From a virus, in UHGV virus genome UHGV-1978634: a DNA stretch of 39,633 nucleotides; one strand, written 5' to 3'. The translations under genes were made by a program, and so were the position numbers. This document shows, piece after piece, positions 12,258-22,272 of the stretch. Every line of letters starts with the position of its first letter. The stretch's first letter is position 1. The notes beneath the pieces were generated by a model. It saw nothing but the letters and a program-made list of their open reading frames with translations. It was not told the DNA's origin and searched no databases.

Positions 12258-14681
12258 ATGACAGACATTACAGCCAATGTTGTAATTGGGATGCCTTCGC
12301 AACTCTTCACTATGGCGCGTTCTTTTAAAGCCGTAGCCAATGGAAAAATTTATATCGGTAAAATTGACACTGACCCGGTAAATACTGAAAACCAGATTCA
12401 GGTTTATGTGGAGAACGAAGACGGTTCTCACGTTCCTGTTGCACAGCCAATCGTTATCAATGCTGCTGGATATCCGGTGCATAACGGACAGATTGCCAAA
12501 TTCGTTACTGTGCAAGGTCATTCTATGTCTGTTTATGATGCGTACGGTGTGCAGCAGTTCTATTTTCCGAATGTGCTGAAGTATGACCCCGATCAATTGC
12601 GTCAGCAAATTGAAAGTAATGGGGGCGCATCAATAATAGGGACGGCAACTGGCACTACTGTTCAGGAAGAGTTAAATAAGTTAAAGAGTCTTCCTTTTCT
12701 GTATCCAGAGCTCTATTTTGATGGGAATGAGGTGGATCATACATTAGCGTTTAAAAAAATGTATGCAGACGCAAAGATATTGAAAAAATCGGTTGTTGCT
12801 ACAGGGAATTATGTTCTCACGGCAAGTTCCACAGACCCGATTGAAATAACAGTTAGCTCAGATATGAGTGATGCAACAGTGACGTGCTCTACATATCAGG
12901 GTGGAGATGTCTGGTCTTTGGACAAGACACTATTTGAAATCGCTCAGGATGAAAATGATGTCACTGAAATGTTTTCCGCAGTAAGTTACCTGAAAGGGCA
13001 GACGAGCTTCCCTGTTACCGGATTACAGGGAACTATTATTCTTGATTCTACAGATGTTGTGATGGTGAGAAATAATGGTGGTAGTCTGTCAGACCAACTA
13101 AAAACAGAAGTTCACGAGATTGACGCTGACGGTAACTTGCGTTATCTGAACTATTATATTTATAACGATCGACCTGTTGTTAAATATAAACCTTTTACAA
13201 ATAGCCTGTATTTTAAAATGCCAAAGGTTGTTCTGGATGGGGCAAGAATCAATAATGCTGTTCTTTGCTCAAGGAATAACACCATAATACATGGAAATAC
13301 AGTTGATGTAATAAATAATGGTAGCACAAGGCAGGTAGTAAACTTCCAACGATGCTCAAGAGTTTATGTTAACAACCTATACATGAGTCCTGTTGGATAT
13401 CTTGATGGTACTGCACCCTCCATCCCCGCGGGAAGAAATGAGGCAGCTTATTTTATCCTCACTGAAAAATGTTCTGATGTAACAATGGATAATTGCTGCA
13501 GCATCAATGGATGGGGCGGCTTTGATGGTAATAAATCACGGAATATACATATTAATCGATGTGACCTCCCTGGTGTTGGCGGTCACTACAGCATGTCTGA
13601 TATTTACCTCAATGAGTCGACAGTTCGTTATCATTGCGCGGCGCAAGGTTGGGGAGAATGGGTGGCCACTAACTGTAAACATCTTGGCATGTACGGGAAA
13701 AATACTCTTGAATTCTTCTCTGTGAAGCGAGATTACATGTCATCATGGGATGGTGAGATTCGAGTTGAAGGTTTACGAGTCATGTTACCGTCTACGTGTG
13801 AAGAGTATTTCTTGGTAAGCAGTCTTGAACCAAAATATAATGGTAATTTTATCGCCACAAGCCCGGATGTAGTGATAAAGGACGTGTCTCTTGATCTGAC
13901 TAATGCCTCTGGACTTGTGGAATTTAGAATATTGGATCTCGGCGTGTCAGGCGGAAATAATTATGAGCAATATATGATTCTGCCAAACAACCACTATATT
14001 GAAAATGTAAAGGTTGTAGGGACACGTTCTTATGATTCCAATTTATCCGTCAGCGTTGTCTACAATCAAAGGAACTACTCAAGATTAACGGCCGCTCAGT
14101 TTTCAACTATCGTAGGTAGAGGGAAATACAAGCTTACAGTGAAGGATGTGGATCTCGCTCGGCTTGGGAATACTACGCAGTTATCAAACCCAAGGTATAA
14201 CGTGCAAGCGTTTAAGTTTACCACTTACCGCGTTCCACAGGATGTGAACGTCGATAACAGCTACAATTGCGTCCCTTACATTTCAGCATGGGATGACATG
14301 CTGGTGCGTATAACCAATCAAGACATGGCCATGGGGTATATCGACGGCGCGGTTGCTCGCACTTCCGCTTCATACAACAGGATCTTTTTTAACAACTGTC
14401 GAATCTATGGATTAGGTTGGGGCAGTAGCGGTGGGCAACGAACAGGTATATTTGACTTTACAAGTTGTGTATTTGGATGGTTATCTGCAATCACTGGAGT
14501 TGCGGAGACATCTAATGCAACTATAGGCCTGCTTTTTGGCGCGAATGAGTCCGGTAATAGTGCTACTGGTAAATATTCCGGATGCGCAATTCTGGTCCAG
14601 TCAAACGCTTTCCAGTTGGCTGATTCAACATTCCGTACAAGAGTCCAGACCAACTATACAAACAACGGGGTATACCAATAA
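12258..14681 (+). CDS. Tailspike protein: conserved P22-family head-binding N-terminus plus a long divergent receptor-binding part
   Basis: N-terminus [50 protein letters not shown] is the conserved tailspike head-binding domain; 807 aa total, longer than Sf6/P22/HK620 tailspikes as I recall them. Confidence 0.9.
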   Translation: MTDITANVVIGMPSQLFTMARSFKAVANGKIYIGKIDTDPVNTENQIQVYVENEDGSHVPVAQPIVINAAGYPVHNGQIAKFVTVQGHSMSVYDAYGVQQFYFPNVLKYDPDQLRQQIESNGGASIIGTATGTTVQEELNKLKSLPFLYPELYFDGNEVDHTLAFKKMYADAKILKKSVVATGNYVLTASSTDPIEITVSSDMSDATVTCSTYQGGDVWSLDKTLFEIAQDENDVTEMFSAVSYLKGQTSFPVTGLQGTIILDSTDVVMVRNNGGSLSDQLKTEVHEIDADGNLRYLNYYIYNDRPVVKYKPFTNSLYFKMPKVVLDGARINNAVLCSRNNTIIHGNTVDVINNGSTRQVVNFQRCSRVYVNNLYMSPVGYLDGTAPSIPAGRNEAAYFILTEKCSDVTMDNCCSINGWGGFDGNKSRNIHINRCDLPGVGGHYSMSDIYLNESTVRYHCAAQGWGEWVATNCKHLGMYGKNTLEFFSVKRDYMSSWDGEIRVEGLRVMLPSTCEEYFLVSSLEPKYNGNFIATSPDVVIKDVSLDLTNASGLVEFRILDLGVSGGNNYEQYMILPNNHYIENVKVVGTRSYDSNLSVSVVYNQRNYSRLTAAQFSTIVGRGKYKLTVKDVDLARLGNTTQLSNPRYNVQAFKFTTYRVPQDVNVDNSYNCVPYISAWDDMLVRITNQDMAMGYIDGAVARTSASYNRIFFNNCRIYGLGWGSSGGQRTGIFDFTSCVFGWLSAITGVAETSNATIGLLFGANESGNSATGKYSGCAILVQSNAFQLADSTFRTRVQTNYTNNGVYQ

Positions 14682-14710
14682 ACTCAAGGGGGCTGAACCC
14701 CCTTGAGTTT
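14681..14710. terminator. Bidirectional hairpin between convergent tailspike and gtr operon
   Basis: Perfect 12-bp stem aactcaaggggg / cccccttgagtt with 5-nt loop. Confidence 0.65.
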
Positions 14711-14714
14711 ATGA

Positions 14715-16136
14715 CTACTTGAATGTAACGATATAAATCCCAGAATCTTTTTGCAGTTTGTAATTCCTGCCATCTTCAATCAATTCTACATTCTTACCAT
14801 CTGATTTAGCAATTTCTGCATTCATTCCTGAGTACCAGAAATAAGCATTCATAAACCATTTAGAAGTCAGGTTAAATTTCACAATATTTTTTAGGATTGG
14901 ATAATCAAGATAGATCTGCTTAAGATAATGAGGAAGGTTAGGCTCATTTCTTATATCAATCTTAACTAACCCAGAACGTTTATCCATGCTGTCAATAGAT
15001 GCAATAACTGATTCTAACTTCCTGATTTTATATTCAGACTCGTATTTGAAAGCATTCACATAAATAGATGCCATTGCTACCGAAATGAATAAATAAAATG
15101 CAGTTATCAAATATACAGCATATCTTACCTTAGAATCTTTTATCTTTAGCAAAGGTGTAAGTGCGACCATTAGAAATGCAGGGAAAGACATCAGCACTCT
15201 GGATGATATTATAGCATTGCTAAACATTGCGTAGGGAATAAACAACAATAAGAATGAAATTGGCAATGAGACGGCAAATAACAATGAATCAAGGTATCTT
15301 CCACTTGTGAAAGATTTAACTGCTTGCCACAGACACACTGCGTAAGAAATAACAACGAGCACTGAAACAACTGCTAGTTGAGTCGTCGATAACGAAGTTA
15401 ACAATGAAAATATATAGTTAATATTAGATAAGAACTCGCTAATTCCATCACGATTTAAGTGAACTATTGTCGTGTGGTTGTCAACGTATACATCTGTAGA
15501 AAGCAATGTAGTTGTAGTCTGAACAATGGCAAAGGTGACAACGAATATCACAACGCTGCTTAACACGTATCTCATATTTTCCTTTTGCGTTTTACTATTA
15601 AGCAAGTTGTTTAAAGACTGAAGAATGACAAGGCAGACAAATACAGCAAACGAAGTTTGATAGAAAAAGCTTGCTGCAGTGAGAAGCAGCAGTCTGAAAA
15701 TAAAATTGAATTTATGTTCATACCTAACGGCCGCCAGCATAGCCAAAGAAAACGATGCCGACATTCCAATAACATCAATGTGGTATGACATGTTTTCAAT
15801 ATAAAATGGAGAACAAATTAAAACACATATCGTGATTGTTTTTGCAATCCATTGCTTGCCAAACACAGATTCAGCAAAGTAATTGCAGGCTACTATCATG
15901 ATAACAAATGAAACAACAAGGTTCAGTTGATAAACATCTGGCGAGATCAACTTTCCTGATGAATTCAAAAGGATGTAATACAACTCGGTAAGAAATCGAC
16001 CTTGAGAAGCTAGCCCGATATATCCGTATGAATATCTTGCTACATCATCCACAAAAGGAGGCATATAAAAGAATGGAAGGAAGAAGCAAGCGACTATAAG
16101 TATCGCTGGCATTTCATATCGCGTTAATTTAAACAT
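14715..16136 (-). CDS. Serotype-specific O-antigen glycosyltransferase (GtrC-type polytopic membrane protein)
   Basis: 473-aa highly hydrophobic multi-TM protein, AT-rich, immediately downstream of gtrB in the same operon. Confidence 0.75.
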   Translation of the reverse strand: MFKLTRYEMPAILIVACFFLPFFYMPPFVDDVARYSYGYIGLASQGRFLTELYYILLNSSGKLISPDVYQLNLVVSFVIMIVACNYFAESVFGKQWIAKTITICVLICSPFYIENMSYHIDVIGMSASFSLAMLAAVRYEHKFNFIFRLLLLTAASFFYQTSFAVFVCLVILQSLNNLLNSKTQKENMRYVLSSVVIFVVTFAIVQTTTTLLSTDVYVDNHTTIVHLNRDGISEFLSNINYIFSLLTSLSTTQLAVVSVLVVISYAVCLWQAVKSFTSGRYLDSLLFAVSLPISFLLLFIPYAMFSNAIISSRVLMSFPAFLMVALTPLLKIKDSKVRYAVYLITAFYLFISVAMASIYVNAFKYESEYKIRKLESVIASIDSMDKRSGLVKIDIRNEPNLPHYLKQIYLDYPILKNIVKFNLTSKWFMNAYFWYSGMNAEIAKSDGKNVELIEDGRNYKLQKDSGIYIVTFK

Positions 16137-17052
16137 CTTTAGACCCCTTAATTATATATCTTGGTCTTGATTTTACTTCGACATATATTCTGCCAATGTA
16201 TTCCCCAAGCACACCAATACCTATCAACTGAATTCCCCCCAGGAAAAGAATTGAAACCAATAGCGATGGATAACCACGGACAGCATTACCGAACACCAAT
16301 GTGTCGAAAATCATCCACACCCCGTAAAGGAACGAGAGTCCCGCAACAAGTAGACCGATGTAAGTCCACACGCGCAAGGGGAAGGTCGAGAAACTTGTAA
16401 TCCCCTCAAGCGCCAGGTTCCAGAGCTTCCAGCCATTGAACTTTGTGCTTCCGGCAACGCGTTCAGCACGGATGTATTCAACAACATCCGTCTTACCGCC
16501 AACCCAAGATAAAACGCCTTTCATAAACAGGTTACGCTCTGGCAGTAGTTTGATATTTTCTACCATCTCTCGTGACATAAGACGGAAGTCACCAACGTTC
16601 TCTTCAATCTGCGGATTACTAATTTTGTTGTGAAGTTTATAAAACCACTCAGCAGTTTTACGCTTTAACCTACCATCAGTTGATCTGTCAGAGCGCTTTG
16701 CCAGCACCATATCAGCACCTGCCTGCCACTTTTCAATAAGATGAGGAATGACCTCAATCGGGTCTTGCAGGTCAACATCAATTGGAATCACGGCATCGCC
16801 AGTTGCATGGTCTAACCCTGCAAACAATGCTGGTTCTTTACCAAAGTTGCGTGTAAATGACAGCGGAACAACTAGCGGATCAGAAACAGCCAGAGCATTA
16901 ATAATTGACTCCGTAGCGTCTTTGCTTCCGTCATTTATGAAAACAATTTCCACTTCATATGGCTTCAACTCTTCGAATTCACGTACCGTTTTATAAAAAA
17001 TTGGTATCGCTTCTTCTTCATTGAAGACAGGAACTACAAGAGATATCTTCAT
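16129..17052 (-). CDS. gtrB: Bactoprenol glucosyltransferase GtrB (GT2 family)
   Basis: 307 aa; N-terminus [17 protein letters not shown].., DVDLQDP motif, two C-terminal TM helices. Confidence 0.9.
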   Translation of the reverse strand: MKISLVVPVFNEEEAIPIFYKTVREFEELKPYEVEIVFINDGSKDATESIINALAVSDPLVVPLSFTRNFGKEPALFAGLDHATGDAVIPIDVDLQDPIEVIPHLIEKWQAGADMVLAKRSDRSTDGRLKRKTAEWFYKLHNKISNPQIEENVGDFRLMSREMVENIKLLPERNLFMKGVLSWVGGKTDVVEYIRAERVAGSTKFNGWKLWNLALEGITSFSTFPLRVWTYIGLLVAGLSFLYGVWMIFDTLVFGNAVRGYPSLLVSILFLGGIQLIGIGVLGEYIGRIYVEVKSRPRYIIKGSKDV

Positions 17053-17411
17053 TTCGCATCCCTAAAGACAATGAACTTTGAATAGACGAAACCGCACACC
17101 AGGCTGATGGCGGAAAAGGTGACGAGAGTGATAATTGGAGGAAGTGAACATCTATCAGCAGCCCATCCAACAGTTGCACTCAGTGTTCCCATGAACCCGA
17201 CAAATAACATGTAGCGCATCGTTGTAGTCGATGCTTTGAATGTGAATTTTGCATTCGCGAAGAAGCTAAAACTCACAGCCACAACGAAACCTGCGAAGTT
17301 TGCCAGAGCCTGATTGGTATGCGCGGCATAGATACATACACCAAAAACCACCCAGTGTATAAGTGTGTTCAGCACACCAATCGAGGTGTACTTTGCAAAT
17401 AGCTTTAACAT
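17049..17411 (-). CDS. gtrA: GtrA flippase-like small membrane protein
   Basis: 120-aa four-TM protein directly upstream of and overlapping gtrB. Confidence 0.85.
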   Translation of the reverse strand: MLKLFAKYTSIGVLNTLIHWVVFGVCIYAAHTNQALANFAGFVVAVSFSFFANAKFTFKASTTTMRYMLFVGFMGTLSATVGWAADRCSLPPIITLVTFSAISLVCGFVYSKFIVFRDAK

Positions 17412-17560
17412 TTATTTAATCAATGAGTTCTGAAAGGCATGAAGTCTATCATCCAAGTCTCAATCGATCGATACTTGCGGTAGTTGATGAAGAAAAACTC
17501 TGGTACACAAAGCTTTGCACTGGATTGCAAGGATTTGTGTCATTCGATAGTTAAGGTGGT

Positions 17561-18718
17561 TCACTCCACCTTTTCATCAAGCCAGTCTGCCCACCACTGC
17601 ATCATTTCTCTGCGCTTATCGAGATACTGAGCATGGTTGTAAATTCCGCGTACAGATCCGCCGTTGGCATGTGCCAGTTGTACTTCAATAGCATCAGCAG
17701 GCCATTCGTGCTCGTTCATAATCGTGCTGAATTCATGCCTGAATCCGTGACCGCTTTCCAGACCTTCATAGCCGATTTGTTTGATCACAAGCAGTACCGC
17801 GTTCTCGCAGATTGGCTTCTTCTTATCGTTGCGCCCGGCAAAAACAAACTCTGATACTGGTTTGGTGATTGAGCTTAGCGTAGTGAGAAGTTCAACCACC
17901 TGGTCCGACATCGGGACAACATGAATCTTGCGTCCCTTCATCACACTGGCGTCGATAGTGATAATCCTGTTTTCAAAATCGACGTTCTTCCATTGCATGG
18001 AACGAAGCTCTTTCGTTCTTAGGGCTGTGTAGCGTAAAACTTTGGTCGCAATGAGCGATACGATACTTCCTGAAAATGTTGCCAGTGCTTTGTTGAATGC
18101 AGGGATCTGGTCTGCAGGAAGAAACGGGAAGTTCTTCTTGCGGTATCCCTTCATGGCGTCAGCAAGGTCAGGTGCCGGGTTATATTTAGCCCTTCCGGTG
18201 ACAATAGCGTAACGGAAAACCTCGCCGCATCTTCTGCGTGCTTTGTTGGCTCGCTCCATTGCACCGCGATCTTCAAATCTGCGGATTACTTCCAGAAGTT
18301 GCATCGGCTCAATATCCTGAATTTCAAGGCTGCCGATGATAGGTAAAATGTCGTCATCAAACATTTTGGCAAGTTCAGTTGCATAGCCTACTGACCAGAC
18401 TTGCTTCTTGTGCTCGTACCATTCCTTGTAAATCGCACTAAAGGAATTGTTGTTAGACGAAGCCTTTTTCGCCTTTACCGGATCGATGCCAACCGAGATG
18501 TCTTTCCTCGCAGTCCATGCTTTATCCCTTGCCTCCTGCAAAGTCATAAGCGGATATTTTCCGACGGTCAGGATTTTCTCCTTACCGTCAATCTTGTAGC
18601 GAAGCTGCCATACCTTTTTCCCTGACACAGGGACATAAAGGTACAGGCCATTACCATCGAGAAGGCGGTATGGTTTTTCTTTCGGCTTTGCTGCTTCAAT
18701 CTGCTTAACGGTGAGCAT
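17561..18718 (-). CDS. int: Tyrosine integrase (P4-type)
   Basis: ORF 17561..18754; first ATG with typical N-terminus MLTVKQIEAAKPKEKPYRLLDGNGLYLYV.. at 18718; C-terminal catalytic region ..HGFRH.. Confidence 0.9.
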   Translation of the reverse strand: MLTVKQIEAAKPKEKPYRLLDGNGLYLYVPVSGKKVWQLRYKIDGKEKILTVGKYPLMTLQEARDKAWTARKDISVGIDPVKAKKASSNNNSFSAIYKEWYEHKKQVWSVGYATELAKMFDDDILPIIGSLEIQDIEPMQLLEVIRRFEDRGAMERANKARRRCGEVFRYAIVTGRAKYNPAPDLADAMKGYRKKNFPFLPADQIPAFNKALATFSGSIVSLIATKVLRYTALRTKELRSMQWKNVDFENRIITIDASVMKGRKIHVVPMSDQVVELLTTLSSITKPVSEFVFAGRNDKKKPICENAVLLVIKQIGYEGLESGHGFRHEFSTIMNEHEWPADAIEVQLAHANGGSVRGIYNHAQYLDKRREMMQWWADWLDEKVE

Positions 18719-18967
18719 GGGTAAAAATCCGGTGGGTAAAATTATTTTATCCACTTTTTACCCGTCATGGAGTGCGGCTGTCAACGATCTGACGCGAACC
18801 ATGACGAACTGTAAATCTACGGAAGGCTTGATATTCAGGGGATTTTGCGGACTGGTACGGATGGGAGCGAACTGATAAATGGTGTCCCCTGCAGACATCT
18901 ACTTGAAGCGGCAGGGGATTGATTGGAATGGTGTTTTTTAGATGTGAAAAATATTTTACCCGCTATT
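18719..18967. other. Candidate attP between xis and int, with tRNA-Arg(argW)-like 3-prime-end core at 18880-18894
   Basis: tggtgtcccctgcag is the reverse complement of ctgcaggggacacca, which I recall as the 3-prime end of E. coli argW; flanked by inverted tcccctgc / gcagggga and by five TTTTACCC/GGGTAAAA motifs. Confidence 0.5.
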
Positions 18968-19168
18968 TTACCCATTGGCGCGGCTTAAGAGCTTATTTTT
19001 GAATTCACAATGGTCACGATATAACCATCTTGCTCGCCCGTGGATAACTTTGGCTTTAGGCAGGTCCCCGGACTTAATCCGGTCATAGATGAAGGTTTTA
19101 CCAAAGCCAGTATCAGCCATGATGAATTTCAAATCAACCAGTGAATCAGGCTGTAGTTCGTGTTGCAT
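18968..19168 (-). CDS. xis: Excisionase / recombination directionality factor (TorI/AlpA-like)
   Basis: ORF 18968..19183; 66-aa product from ATG at 19168 (MQHELQPDSLVDLKFIMADTGFGKTFIYDRIKSG..) resembles the winged-helix Xis/TorI family. Confidence 0.7.
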   Translation of the reverse strand: MQHELQPDSLVDLKFIMADTGFGKTFIYDRIKSGDLPKAKVIHGRARWLYRDHCEFKNKLLSRANG

Positions 19169-19212
19169 GAGTGCTATCTCCAAATAGGGAATCGAACCTG
19201 CAAATCAGGCAA

Positions 19213-19233
19213 TAAAAAACCGCCATTAGGCGG
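19213..19233 (-). terminator. Rho-independent terminator (minus strand)
   Basis: ccgcc-taat-ggcgg hairpin followed by T6 on the minus strand; overlaps the stop of the 55-aa ORF. Confidence 0.55.
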
Positions 19234-19393
19234 CTTGGTGTTCTTTCAGTTCTTCAATTCGAATATTGGTTACGTCTGCATGCGCTATCTGCGCCCACAG
19301 CATCCAGTGGTCATAGCAGTCGTTGATGTTCTCCGCTTCGATAACTCTGTTGAATGGTTCTCCATTCCATTCACCTGTGACTCGGAAGTGCAT
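19226..19393 (-). CDS. Hypothetical small protein (55 aa)
   Basis: My own translation MHFRVTGEWNGEPFNRVIEAENINDCYDHWMLWAQIAHADVTNIRIEELKEHQAA; GGAG RBS about 8 nt upstream; terminator at stop. Confidence 0.4.
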   Translation of the reverse strand: MHFRVTGEWNGEPFNRVIEAENINDCYDHWMLWAQIAHADVTNIRIEELKEHQAA

Positions 19394-19537
19394 TTATCAT
19401 CTCCATAAAACAAAACTCGCCGTAGCGAGTTCAGATAAAAGAAATCCCCGCGAGTGCGAGGATTGTTATTCATTGCCGATATTCACCTTTATCGCGAATA
19501 CCTTTACCGGTTTATCGCCGAAGTGCGGATGCTTCGT

Positions 19538-19726
19538 TTATATCAATCCCACGCATTCTGACCGACGAATAAATAACTCTTCTCCGTTATGTATTGCGAC
19601 ATAGCCGTAAACAGTTTTATGCATCACATCGAACTCATCCCATACGGAAACTCCACACTCTGCTAATGAGCAATTCAAATAATTCCCCGGTTGCTTGCCG
19701 GTGTTATTAATGAGGCGAATCCTCAT
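19538..19726 (-). CDS. Hypothetical protein (62 aa)
   Basis: ORF track; protein-like composition; weak RBS. Confidence 0.35.
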   Translation of the reverse strand: MRIRLINNTGKQPGNYLNCSLAECGVSVWDEFDVMHKTVYGYVAIHNGEELFIRRSECVGLI

Positions 19727-19963
19727 ATCTTATTCACTTTTGGCTGCAAGGTGTAGCCACCACGGTAAGCTCCATCAGCATGGGCGAATTCATATACCTG
19801 TACACTATTACGATGCAGAAATAAAACATGCATATTTTTGATAGGCTATGTTAATGATTTTTAAATATTTATTGTCTTATCAAGAATGTCTGTAATACCC
19901 CTATTAACCCGTCACATATAAACAATTTATAAAAATTTTCTTAACGCTATCACATTATTTAAT

Positions 19964-20263
19964 TTACCTTTCCCGATAGGTATATAGTTCATCATGTGCA
20001 ACCTTGCGATTGCGATGTATTCCCATTTCTTTCTCTACGCGTATTGCTGCATTGCGTAATGTTCTTGAGGTCGCGACTTCTCTTGAACTTACATTTTTTA
20101 ATGTAGCCGATTTAATGCAACGTTGAATTTGCCTCTGGATATACATCCGCTGGTCTGTCTGAGTCTCCTGACGATAATCCATCAGCACATCTTGCCAGCG
20201 AGCCGCAGCTCTGCGCCAAAGCCCTTTATTTTCAAGTTCTTCAGCTTTTTTATCTTTAACCAT
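19964..20263 (-). CDS. PerC-like transcriptional activator (moron-like, AT-rich)
   Basis: ORF 19964..20278; ATG at 20263 with AGGAG RBS; motif KAEELENKGLWRRAAARWQDVL resembles the PerC family. Confidence 0.5.
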   Translation of the reverse strand: MVKDKKAEELENKGLWRRAAARWQDVLMDYRQETQTDQRMYIQRQIQRCIKSATLKNVSSREVATSRTLRNAAIRVEKEMGIHRNRKVAHDELYTYRER

Positions 20264-20289
20264 ACAGTCTCCTATCACACTAAATATTA

Positions 20290-20325
20290 AATAATAACTA
20301 TCAGGTTTATCAGATAGTTATTATT
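20290..20325. repeat. Perfect 13-bp inverted repeat (aataataactatc / gatagttattatt, 10-bp spacer) upstream of the PerC-like gene
   Basis: Read directly from sequence. Confidence 0.6.
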
Positions 20326-20689
20326 ACAGTTAAGTATAGGGGCGGTAATAATAACCTAAGATGGTGGTGAAATTCAAGCCAGATGCCGTTATGCAACTCA
20401 ACAGAAATAAGCTGTTGCTTTTTATCTCACTATTCATTTGTCTCATTTCCAGCTATACTCATTGTTCACACAACACAAAAGGCATAGAAATGACAGTGTA
20501 TGGCATATCAGAAAACAGTATTGTTCACTTACGTGAAAAAAATGGATAATGGCTTGTGTTGCACATTATTAAAAATGGCGACATTATATATCACCTCAAA
20601 AATACAGACAAAGAAATGAACGTCACACTTCAGGATATTATCCCCAATAAATAATCAAATGAGCGTGGCGCACGATGCCCCGCGCTATT

Positions 20690-20779
20690 CTACTTATCAC
20701 CCCAGCGGCAAATCGAAAACACAACCAGTGCCACCGCTATTGCAACTCCTACCGTTGCGAATGCTTCAGGCCAGCTCAT
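20690..20779 (-). CDS. Small hydrophobic peptide (29 aa), translationally coupled to the upstream gene
   Basis: MSWPEAFATVGVAIAVALVVFSICRWGDK; AGGAGG RBS; ATGA overlap with the stop of the 217-aa gene. Confidence 0.35.
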   Translation of the reverse strand: MSWPEAFATVGVAIAVALVVFSICRWGDK

Positions 20780-21429
20780 TGATTCACCTCCTGCGGCGGT
20801 TCTGGTAGATGCATCCAGTGGGTTACACCGTCAATTGGTTCATCGTCGTCGTACTCCAATGCGGCTATATAGAACCCGTCACGACGAGAATAAGAAATCC
20901 CGGACATTACAATGCCATCCGAAACAACTATAATGTCACCCGTTTCTTCCGGCATTCGCTCACTACAGCTTATCCAACTATCCGGAGTTACCGGAGAGTT
21001 GCCGGGTTCTTTAATGTGCAAGCGAGGCTCACCATCTTTTGGTTCAGGCCACTGGCGCTCCATGTTGATCTTCAATTTATCTTCCATAGCAGCGGTAATT
21101 TCAGCATCGCTGATGCCAGCACGGCGCTGTGCATCCCACAACAGGAAATGCATATCAGCCCACTCGCTGAGATCGTCTGGTTCGGCTGCGGCTTCCAGAG
21201 CCTCTTTTGAGAGGTGTTTCAGTGGACCAATGGGGCCAACGCAGCCAAATGTGGAGTCAGACCATTTGGCATGCTCGTGGCGAATCAGTTCGCGTTCCAG
21301 TGATGCCAGTGCAATTCGTGCCAGTTCCTTAAGATTTTCGCTATATGGTGAAGTATTATCACGGTTGATTACGTGATTAGCTGTATCTATGAGAACTTGC
21401 TTTTGTTCTTCTCTGGTCATAGTGGTCAT
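20776..21429 (-). CDS. Phage early-region protein with DUF551-like C-terminus
   Basis: 217 aa; C-terminal ..THWMHLPEPP.. typical of DUF551 proteins. Confidence 0.55.
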   Translation of the reverse strand: MTTMTREEQKQVLIDTANHVINRDNTSPYSENLKELARIALASLERELIRHEHAKWSDSTFGCVGPIGPLKHLSKEALEAAAEPDDLSEWADMHFLLWDAQRRAGISDAEITAAMEDKLKINMERQWPEPKDGEPRLHIKEPGNSPVTPDSWISCSERMPEETGDIIVVSDGIVMSGISYSRRDGFYIAALEYDDDEPIDGVTHWMHLPEPPQEVNQ

Positions 21430-21430
21430 A

Positions 21431-21730
21431 TCACATCACCCTGAAGCCGTTGCATTTACGTAAGAAATCGCAGATATAGCCCTTCATTTTTTCATGCCAA
21501 TCTCGATCATTCCCATTGCACCAACCATCAGGTGGAGTCCAGTTTTCTATCAGAGCAGCCATTTTCTTTGCTTTCGCCGGAGTAGCTGTTGCGGTATCGC
21601 AGTAATGACGAGTGTCAACAAACTTATCCATGCCATCGATATCAAGTACGCAAAACCATGTGTGATTCGGCATTTCAACAGATGGTATTTGTTGCCCACG
21701 TCGACGTTTATCAATAAGACATACAGTCAT
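21431..21730 (-). CDS. Hypothetical protein (99 aa)
   Basis: ORF tightly packed in the minus-strand operon. Confidence 0.5.
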   Translation of the reverse strand: MTVCLIDKRRRGQQIPSVEMPNHTWFCVLDIDGMDKFVDTRHYCDTATATPAKAKKMAALIENWTPPDGWCNGNDRDWHEKMKGYICDFLRKCNGFRVM

Positions 21731-22272
21731 GGTTCCACCTTCTCTATTTGCTTAAGACCGTCTCTCACTGCATTAAGTACGCGTTCCAGATACTGGTATT
21801 TCGGGTTTGGTACCGTTGGCCAGTCGGCATACCACGGATCATCACCAAAGAGATTCAGCAGTTTGTTACCGACGCCGAAACAACAGCAGCTTTCTTTTAC
21901 GTCATCGGCGTTTTCCGCCTCGTCCCACATTTCGCGAGCCTGTACCGCGTCGATTTCTTTCTCTCTTCGTAACTTTATGATTTCTGACTTCACGAAAAGC
22001 AGATTTGCATCGTTGTCATCGTCGACCGTGCTTAGCAGTTGAGGGTCGAAATTGTCGATTAGATAGTCGTTGCTAACTCGCTTAATGAACGTCTGCACAT
22101 CATCACCGCCCATAGCAAACCAAGCCGCAGTCCACGCCTTTCCGTAGCAGGTGATGGTGATTCTTCCCTTACCAGGTTCGTAGTTTTCAATCATCACTCG
22201 AACCGGATCTAGTCGCTCTGCACCGGTTATAACGAATGACAACACATCAATCTTTTCAACCGTTACACTCAC
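21727..22272 (-). CDS. Hypothetical acidic protein (181 aa)
   Basis: ORF with 4-nt overlap to the downstream gene. Confidence 0.55.
   Translation of the reverse strand: MSVTVEKIDVLSFVITGAERLDPVRVMIENYEPGKGRITITCYGKAWTAAWFAMGGDDVQTFIKRVSNDYLIDNFDPQLLSTVDDDNDANLLFVKSEIIKLRREKEIDAVQAREMWDEAENADDVKESCCCFGVGNKLLNLFGDDPWYADWPTVPNPKYQYLERVLNAVRDGLKQIEKVEP

Noticed and set aside
12198-12608. 136-aa minus-strand ORF overlapping the tailspike start
   Set aside because: Antisense to the conserved tailspike N-terminal domain and spans the terminator/promoter gap
17412-17560. gtrA-int intergenic region as the attP location (as in P22)
   Set aside because: No tRNA-like identity segment seen here, whereas the xis-int intergenic region carries a 15-nt tRNA 3-prime-end match; left open in the findings
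18719-18754. Longer N-terminal extensions given in the ORF track for int (to 18754), Q (34466), rha (36848), N (26910), erf (25121), cII (28811) and SSB (24576)
   Set aside because: They begin at GTG/TTG or lack an RBS and overlap upstream genes; an internal ATG with an RBS and a family-typical N-terminus was preferred
19285-19473. 62-aa minus-strand ORF
   Set aside because: Contains a terminator-like hairpin (19403-19431) and overlaps the better-supported 55-aa ORF, which has a GGAG RBS and a terminator at its stop
21494-22042. 182-aa plus-strand ORF (and similar ORFs at 20809..21210, 20912..21376, 22414..22773)
   Set aside because: Antisense shadows of the tightly packed minus-strand early operon; no RBS and they overlap better-supported genes
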